A DNA stretch of 64,000 bases from Lingula anatina. Its lineage: Eukaryota; Animalia; Brachiopoda. A model generated the notes under the pieces. That model had not been told where the DNA came from and ran no database searches. It worked only from the letters and a program-made list of their open reading frames with translations. The position numbers were made by a program, and so were the translations under genes. The stretch covers positions 38,074,401 through 38,138,400 of the forward strand of contig CM120641.1 in assembly GCA_051362555.1 (NCBI GenBank), read 5' to 3'. Numbering within the stretch: the stretch's first letter is position 1; every line of letters begins with the position of its first letter. This document shows positions 57,457 through 64,000 of the stretch, in pieces.

Positions 57457-60400
57457 ATGAGTTTCAGGTACATAGTGACAATTATCAAACACAGCGATCA
57501 GAAAGATTCAGTTTGGTCTCGCTTATAGAACAGGGCATGATGCTTTGTTTGTTCAGCGTCCTAGTTGACTTTAAGTGCTACACGTGCACTTAATTTTTCA
57601 GTTTGACTTGGTTATATAAGTCTTTGAACTTGAGTTGAACTTGCGTTGAAGAATGTAAGTTCGTTTTTTATCCTGAAAAAGTTATTCAGTGAACATGAAA
57701 CTGCCATAATGCTGAAGTGAATTTATGTGACTTGAGTGCCATATGTAGCCAATGTTCCATACAGAACATGATCTAGTGTTAGTTTTTTAGTACTTAGGTA
57801 CTTTTAAAGTTTTATTGCGTTTGAATTTGGATTTTGCAGTTTATAGTATTAAAATTATTATATATGTACGGAATTCATGTGTAAGCATTCCTGTTGATGA
57901 TTTTTGATACGTACTCTTTGTTAACACATGAAACATTAAACCCCAAAAAGTGTAAAATGACGACCAGATTGCACGTCCACCTTGCCTCCAAATTTTCGAA
58001 CTTACATGCTCACGGTACCTTTACTACTGGTAAGGCCTCGTAGCAATACATGTTTTAACCTTGTGGCCCTTAAATACCTCTGAATATCCATGTCCTGAAA
58101 ATCTTTATGTGTCCTCCGTCGTGTATACAGTATACAAGGTACATCTAAATTTAATTCAAAACGCTTTCTTGTCAGTCACTACGTGAAGGACAGTAAAGTC
58201 TCAGTCTTTTTATTCTAGCCGTGTATCTCTGCTAGCACTTCAGCTCACCATGTTGTGACTCACGTGGAAGGTGAGGCCAGTTTCCAAAAGAAAAATTGAA
58301 GGAAGATCTCAATATGGTGTGCCAGCGTGGTAGCAGAGATACCCAGTGCGTAACTGAAATAAAAAGACCAAGACAGTTCATCCTATTGCTTCCTAAACCA
58401 TTGCAGTGAAGAAGTTGAAACTTTGGAAATTGGTAAACCTATCATCAGGGATGCTCATGGGCACTTAAAAATTTTAGTGTAATTTTGGAGGTTGGGCTGC
58501 CTGGGGGAGAGGGGGGGGTGATTTGAAACTTTCTGAATTGATAGACCTATCATTTAGGGATATACATCGACACTTTGGAATTTTAGTGCAACTGAGGGTT
58601 GGGCTGTCCCCTTAGAATGGATGATTCTTTTTTTTTTTACATTTAGTATTTTTCATAGATACTTTTTATGTACAGACACAGATGTGTCTGTACATATAGC
58701 CATCATCTGCGTTTGTCGTCGCCGTCGTCGCCGTGCACTTTTACCGATAACACGATAAGTGGAAAACCATTTTACCTTTTGACTTGAAACTTGCAGAACT
58801 GATGAATATTCATAATACGCAGGTCAAGTTCGAAAATCAGCATGATCGGGTCACTATTAGGGAATTTATGCTGTTTTTTCACTTTTTTCAGCATATATGC
58901 AGCACCGATAACACGATAAGTGGAAAACCATTTTACCTTTTGACTTGAAACTTACAGAACTGATGAATATTCATAATACGCAGGTCAAGTTCGAAAATCA
59001 GCATGATCGGGTCACTTTTAGGGAATTTATGCTGTTTTTTCACTTTTTTCAGCATATATGCAGCACCGATAACACGATAAGTGGAAAACCATTTTACCTT
59101 TTGACTTGAAACTTACAGAACTGATGAATATTCATAATACGCAGGTCAAGTTCGAAAATCAGCATGACTGGGCCATTTTTAGGGAATTTATGCTGTTTTT
59201 TCACTATTTTCAATATAAATGCAACACTGATAACACAATATAAGAAAAACGGATTGGCCAATTGTAATTATACTCACAGGAGTGGTCAATCTTACTAAAA
59301 CGCAGGTAGAGTTCGAAAATCAGCATAATCGGGCCATTATTTTAGAAGTTATACTGTTTTTTCACATTTCCTCAGATTCAATTATTATATTTTTATTATG
59401 AACATCATTTACAATTTATGCATGATAATCACAAACTCCCAATACATAATTACCAGATGGTATGATACTATCAGTGGGTAGCGTTCCCACAGCCTTACAC
59501 TTCCGCCTTACACTTCCGGACATTGTAAAGACTAGCTATAGCTGGCCATCAGGGACCCCTGTTATGGGACCAAAGCATTGTTATAAATACCTAGACAAAG
59601 GGGTCCCTTAGGGCAAACTACAAATTGATGGTTCAAGTGATGTTCAACAATACATTCAAAGCACAAAAATATTGGGTTTTATATGTGCATTAATTACAAT
59701 GATGTGCTGGAAAAAATGAAGGTGGGAGTTATACAATCCAGTCATTGTAGTAAGTCACACGAGACTATAAAATGATAAGAGTTTGGGACAAGGAAATTAT
59801 TAATATAGGTCAAATTGCTGAACACTGTGGTATAGGTAACTTATACTACATGCAACTGGCTATAATAATGAACTCAATATTCACTGTGATGTCTTTTTAT
59901 GTAATCCATAATAACTGCTACTATTCCAGGGTTGGTGCCAAGGCTGTCATTGGTGCTGGGACACTGTATCTTGTAATTCAAGATGGCTTTTGGAGAAGTG
60001 ATCAACAGTCTAAGACTTTCCAAGTGCTAAATAAATCCTTAACTCCCAAGATTGAAAGGTTAAATGAACAGGTAATTGCAAATTGGCCTAGTACTTATGT
60101 CAAATTATGGCTGCCAAATGCCACCATTTAGTTTCAGATATTATAACTTAAAGAAATACAACAGAGTTTTGTTACATTATTTTCTGAAACATATTTGCGC
60201 AAATATTTTCTGCTTATTTTTTTGTTTTCTATGGACTAGAGAAAAAATAAGTAGAGGTGCATTTTAAAGTCTTTTTTCTGACACCAGGGAAATAAATAAA
60301 TAATTTTATTTAACCCTTGACCTTATTCAAGTTCAAACAGGCCAAAATCTTCAAAAAATCAGAATTTTTTGCAAAATTGTTTTTATTTGTGCCGATTTTA

Positions 60401-61669
60401 AGAAACTACACAGACCATACCTATAATATAATGGCCAGGTGTTACCCTTAGGGTCATCTTTCATCTTCTTGAGTTTGGGGTCAATCGGTCCATTTTCATG
60501 GAAGAAGCGGCCATTAGATCCTAAACTGAAAACTTTTTCTAAGTCTGAAACCGTAATTGCTAGAGACCTCTTTTTTATTCCAATTTATAGAGCTTGTCAA
60601 GCTCAACACTGTAGGTGGTGTATGTTTTTTTTTTTTTTTTTTTTTTTTTTTCATACGGTTTATGAGTTGCACTACGTATATCAAAAAGTACAATGTGGTG
60701 GTCAAAATAAAATGTGAAATATGGTAATTTGCCATGAATTTGTAATGTTGGGTAACATAAGGCTTAGCAAGGGGCAGACAACTTCCTGTCAAAAATAACA
60801 GTATTTTATGAAATTCGAACATATGGAATTTCTGAGCATTTCCCATTTCATAAATTTCAACCAAAACGATCTTTTTTTTTTTATTTCAATCAATTTCTTC
60901 TGTACAAAATCCATGGCCTGCATGACTGCATTTTGTAGAGCTTTTCAAGCATAACACTGGAGGTGGTGTCTCTTTTTTTTTTTTTTTTTTTCATACAGAT
61001 GTGCTTACTCCAGCTAGTAGTACAAAGCCTGGAGGCGGTATTGCCTATCTGATCTTATAGTTTCAGTAATTTTTTTTTTTTTACATGTAGGTTTTATGTG
61101 TTGTGTAAGAAACAGGTACTAATAATTTATATGCGTTACATCAGAGAACTTACTCTTATCTCTTATTGTGTCTTTAAAGATAATAAACATTTGAAAGTTA
61201 TAAAATATGAAAGTATCAGATTAATAATTTGAGTCAAATGAAATAAGTGACAATTTAAAATTTAGATGTCTGACATGAAATAACAGTTAAAATTCTTCTA
61301 TGTGGCAGTAAGTTTTATTTATGATCTCCAAATTTTATTTATGTTTTGTAATAATTGTTAAGTTGTTTTAGCTAAACCATATCTTTCTCTAAGATGCTTT
61401 AAACAATTGTCTTTCAGATTGCATCCAAGGAAAATATTTTAAAATGGTGGAATTCAGGTATGTTTCTTGGTAATGGTTTGTTGGTAATGATTTGGTAGTG
61501 GATTGCAATTGTTATGAACTGAGCAACATAATTTTTTTTTCTTCAAGATAAAAATTTTAAAAAAATTATTGATAAATCTTTTTTCTTTTTTCAAGGTATT
61601 CAAGGATGTTTTCAGACAATATCTTCTACTCTTGAAAGACTACAGAGAAAAGATGCTAAGAATCCTTAA
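57457..61669 (+). CDS. MICOS13: MICOS complex subunit MIC13/QIL1, ~88 aa
   Basis: Exons 57457-57467, 59930-60071, 61418-61457, 61596-61669 give MSFRVGAKAVIGAGTLYLVIQDGFWRSDQQ...ENILKWWNSGIQGCFQTISS...KNP*. It has the N-terminal Gly-rich TM with Y...G.W and the WN.G motif typical of MIC13. The first exon is the least certain. Confidence 0.82.
58663..59383 (+). mobile_element. Non-autonomous Helentron-like element with 161-bp internal tandem units
   Basis: tttttatgtacagacacagatgtgtctgtacata hairpin, (GTC/GCC) microsatellite, units starting at 58743, 58904, 59065 and 59226. Same family as 24528-25104. Confidence 0.85.
59447..59640 (+). mobile_element. 5' fragment of a second Helentron-like family
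   Basis: Hairpin accagatggta..tactatcagtgggt, (ccttacacttccg)x2, then gggacccct ... aggggtccc inverted repeat. Confidence 0.45.
60270..61042. mobile_element. Degraded repeat element with ~350-bp internal duplication in MICOS13 intron 2
   Basis: tagagctt.tcaagc..aacactg.aggtggtgt..(T)n.catac at ~60587 and ~60936; ends ggcggtattgcctatctgatcttatagtt. Confidence 0.5.
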
Positions 61670-62961
61670 AGTTGATGCTTTGCTACTGTCCACAGAAATA
61701 AAAACATTACTAGTAGTAAGACTACTTTTTTTTGGACAGGCAAATAATGCTGAAATTGTAAGCTATCATGTTCACAGTTGTTGTTGAAAATACTTATTCT
61801 TTGACAGAGAAGGAATAATCATTGCCCTTTCTTAAGAACATTTGTAATGCAATTGGGCATCAGCATGGGTATATTGAAACTGTTTGTTGTTTAAAGCTGA
61901 AATGCTTAAAAACTATTGTTGGGTTTTCTTAAGATTTGATATAAAATTTGTGTCACTTAAATATTGAGATTTGAATGTTTCCACATGATTCTTCTGAATG
62001 AATTTTATGAGCTGATGACTTTCCTCCACATTAAAGCAGTTCGTACCTTGGTGCTGGACTTGAATAAAAACATTTTTTTAAAAAATTAGGGTTTTGTTTT
62101 CATAATAAAGCCAACTGGCTAGGAAATATAGTTGTTCTCTAAATGTACATCGAGAAAAAAAGTGTTTTTCTCCTCTCAAACCGTTTTATTCTTGGATTCA
62201 GTGTTAGTATTAAAGTGCTTTGGGGTTAAAGGTTTCCTTTACATGTCAGGGTGATTTGTCGAAATTCGATATATATATAGTTTATAGAGGGGTTTCCCCT
62301 TTTTTTCTGAATTGTGAGATACGTGCACTCTTGTAACATTAATATGTACCTTTTAAATGTTTCTAGTTGCAACAAACGGTTTTCGTGCCATCATTATATT
62401 CACAGAATTTACATAAAACATCTTTTATGTACATTTTTCCTCTCAAAACAATATGTTAGGAAAGACCTGTCACTCCTATAGCAATGAATATTTTGAATTG
62501 CGTCAGCCCCGAACACAGCCATAAACGTTGTATATCATTTGTTTGTAAACTAAATAAGCTAGGCTTGCTTAATTTAGTTTGTATATTATTTACATTAATG
62601 TTACTTTATATTACATGTACTTCGTTTGAAAATTTATGTATCTCAATTATTTTATGAAGCAAGTTAGTAATTCATTAGAAATTTATTACGCGCTCCTTTT
62701 TTCCTCCTTTTCTTGTAAAGAGTTGGTTCGGATCCCCCAAAAACGATTATGTTGGCCCTGATTTTTCCCTTTTCTCGAGTTCACTGCAAAAACTTTCCCT
62801 ATATTATTGCTAAATTCTCGTTGGAGGCGCTATTGTCAGAAGGTAATGACTCCAGCTAACTCTAGATTTTGAGTCTCTTTATTGCGTTCAAACGCGAATG
62901 CACACTGGAAGCGTCAACTATTGATACATGTAAGAATAGATCGGTGTCAAATGCTTAAATG

Positions 62962-63276
62962 CTAATTGTAAATTACATCATGGATTATTTTTAACACATT
63001 GGTTCTCAATCGTGTGATATTGCTATCCTTTGCCATTTTACGATGTTGAACGCAACGACCCCTTTGTTCAATAAAATCAAACTTCTTGCGCTTCTGTTTT
63101 TCGTTATCGTTAATAACAAGAAGCGCAATATATCTGGATTTGAAGTGAAGCTTACTCCTCTCTAAACAGTTTTTATTTAAGAGAAAAAGAAGAGCCTTAT
63201 GACGGTATGAGCACAGTGTGGACTCTTCATACTCGATTGTTGTGAGGAATGCTGCCGCAAAACGTTCATTTGCCAT
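62962..63276 (-). CDS. Uncharacterised 104-aa ORF (possible small gene or terminal exon)
   Basis: aaaATGG context and CpG-richer than its surroundings. The frame stays open ~29 codons upstream of the ATG. No family recognised. Confidence 0.3.
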   Translation of the reverse strand: MANERFAAAFLTTIEYEESTLCSYRHKALLFLLNKNCLERSKLHFKSRYIALLVINDNEKQKRKKFDFIEQRGRCVQHRKMAKDSNITRLRTNVLKIIHDVIYN

Positions 63277-63465
63277 TTTACTAATGCACCACCCCCTTTT
63301 TTTCCTTTGGAAAATGGGGTAATATACTGAATATAACCTTCTTGCGGCTGAAGGTTACCCAGCTTTAACGGGATTTTAATCTGTTGAAGTTACCGGGTAT
63401 GTACCTGTACCAGACCTCCCACTCCTCTGTCTCCTTGCGATACTTAATGATGATGACGATGATGG

Positions 63466-63498
<33 letters not shown>

Positions 63499-64000
63499 GA
63501 AGTCAAGGCTCTGTCACACCTCGCGTAAAGAGGTCATTATGAGTATTGGATGTGACATCGATTATACAATGTGCGCACAACTTTGAGCGTGTGAAATCAC
63601 CTTGTTTCCAGTTTCCTTGTTAAAATGGATACATGAACAATAAGCGTATGAAACTGTTTTTGAACTTGCTCCAAACATTTTATCTGCTGCTTCATCTTCC
63701 AACGTTTGCCTACTTATTCGAGGTGCATAGGCCTACAACGTAAGCCTAAAGAACTGAAACCCTTGCGTTTGTCTGTGTGTGGACGATTTTTTAAATACGT
63801 TAGTGCTATACAAAAAGTATGACAGTACCGGTAGTTCAAAGTTATATACAGTACATTGTAATCAACGAGTTGTGTCAAATTTTAAAAAAGCAAAGTAACG
63901 CCCAAAATAGGAGTGTACATGAATGTGCCAAATTATTCTTTTTCATTTGTTTTTATTTAGTGAGGATGTATCTTTTAAATAGGCCTATGTAATAAATTCT

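Overview
AT-rich, intron-dense animal genomic DNA. It is probably an invertebrate, and Helentron-type repeats suggest a mollusc or other lophotrochozoan (inference). I rebuilt five spliced genes by hand from splice sites and reading phase: a CPT1-like carnitine palmitoyltransferase (-, runs off the window start), a ~41-exon DIP2 (-), CNPPD1 (+, head-to-head with DIP2), a peroxisomal D-amino-acid/D-aspartate oxidase ending in SKL (-), and MICOS13/QIL1 (+, head-to-head with the oxidase). The main finding is that the oxidase carries two tandem, homologous, intact exons (53657-53718 and 54012-54082) that cannot both be included in frame. They encode alternative versions of the active-site lid loop, so this looks like a mutually exclusive splicing switch for substrate specificity. 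Also seen: a decayed duplicate oxidase exon disrupted by a PIF/Harbinger-like MITE, a probable GC-AG intron, candidate alternative first and cassette exons in DIP2, a minisatellite that includes the DIP2 stop codon, and Helentron-like elements with differently amplified internal repeats. No tRNA, rRNA or CRISPR array was found. Most entries in the ORF track are spurious or single-exon fragments.
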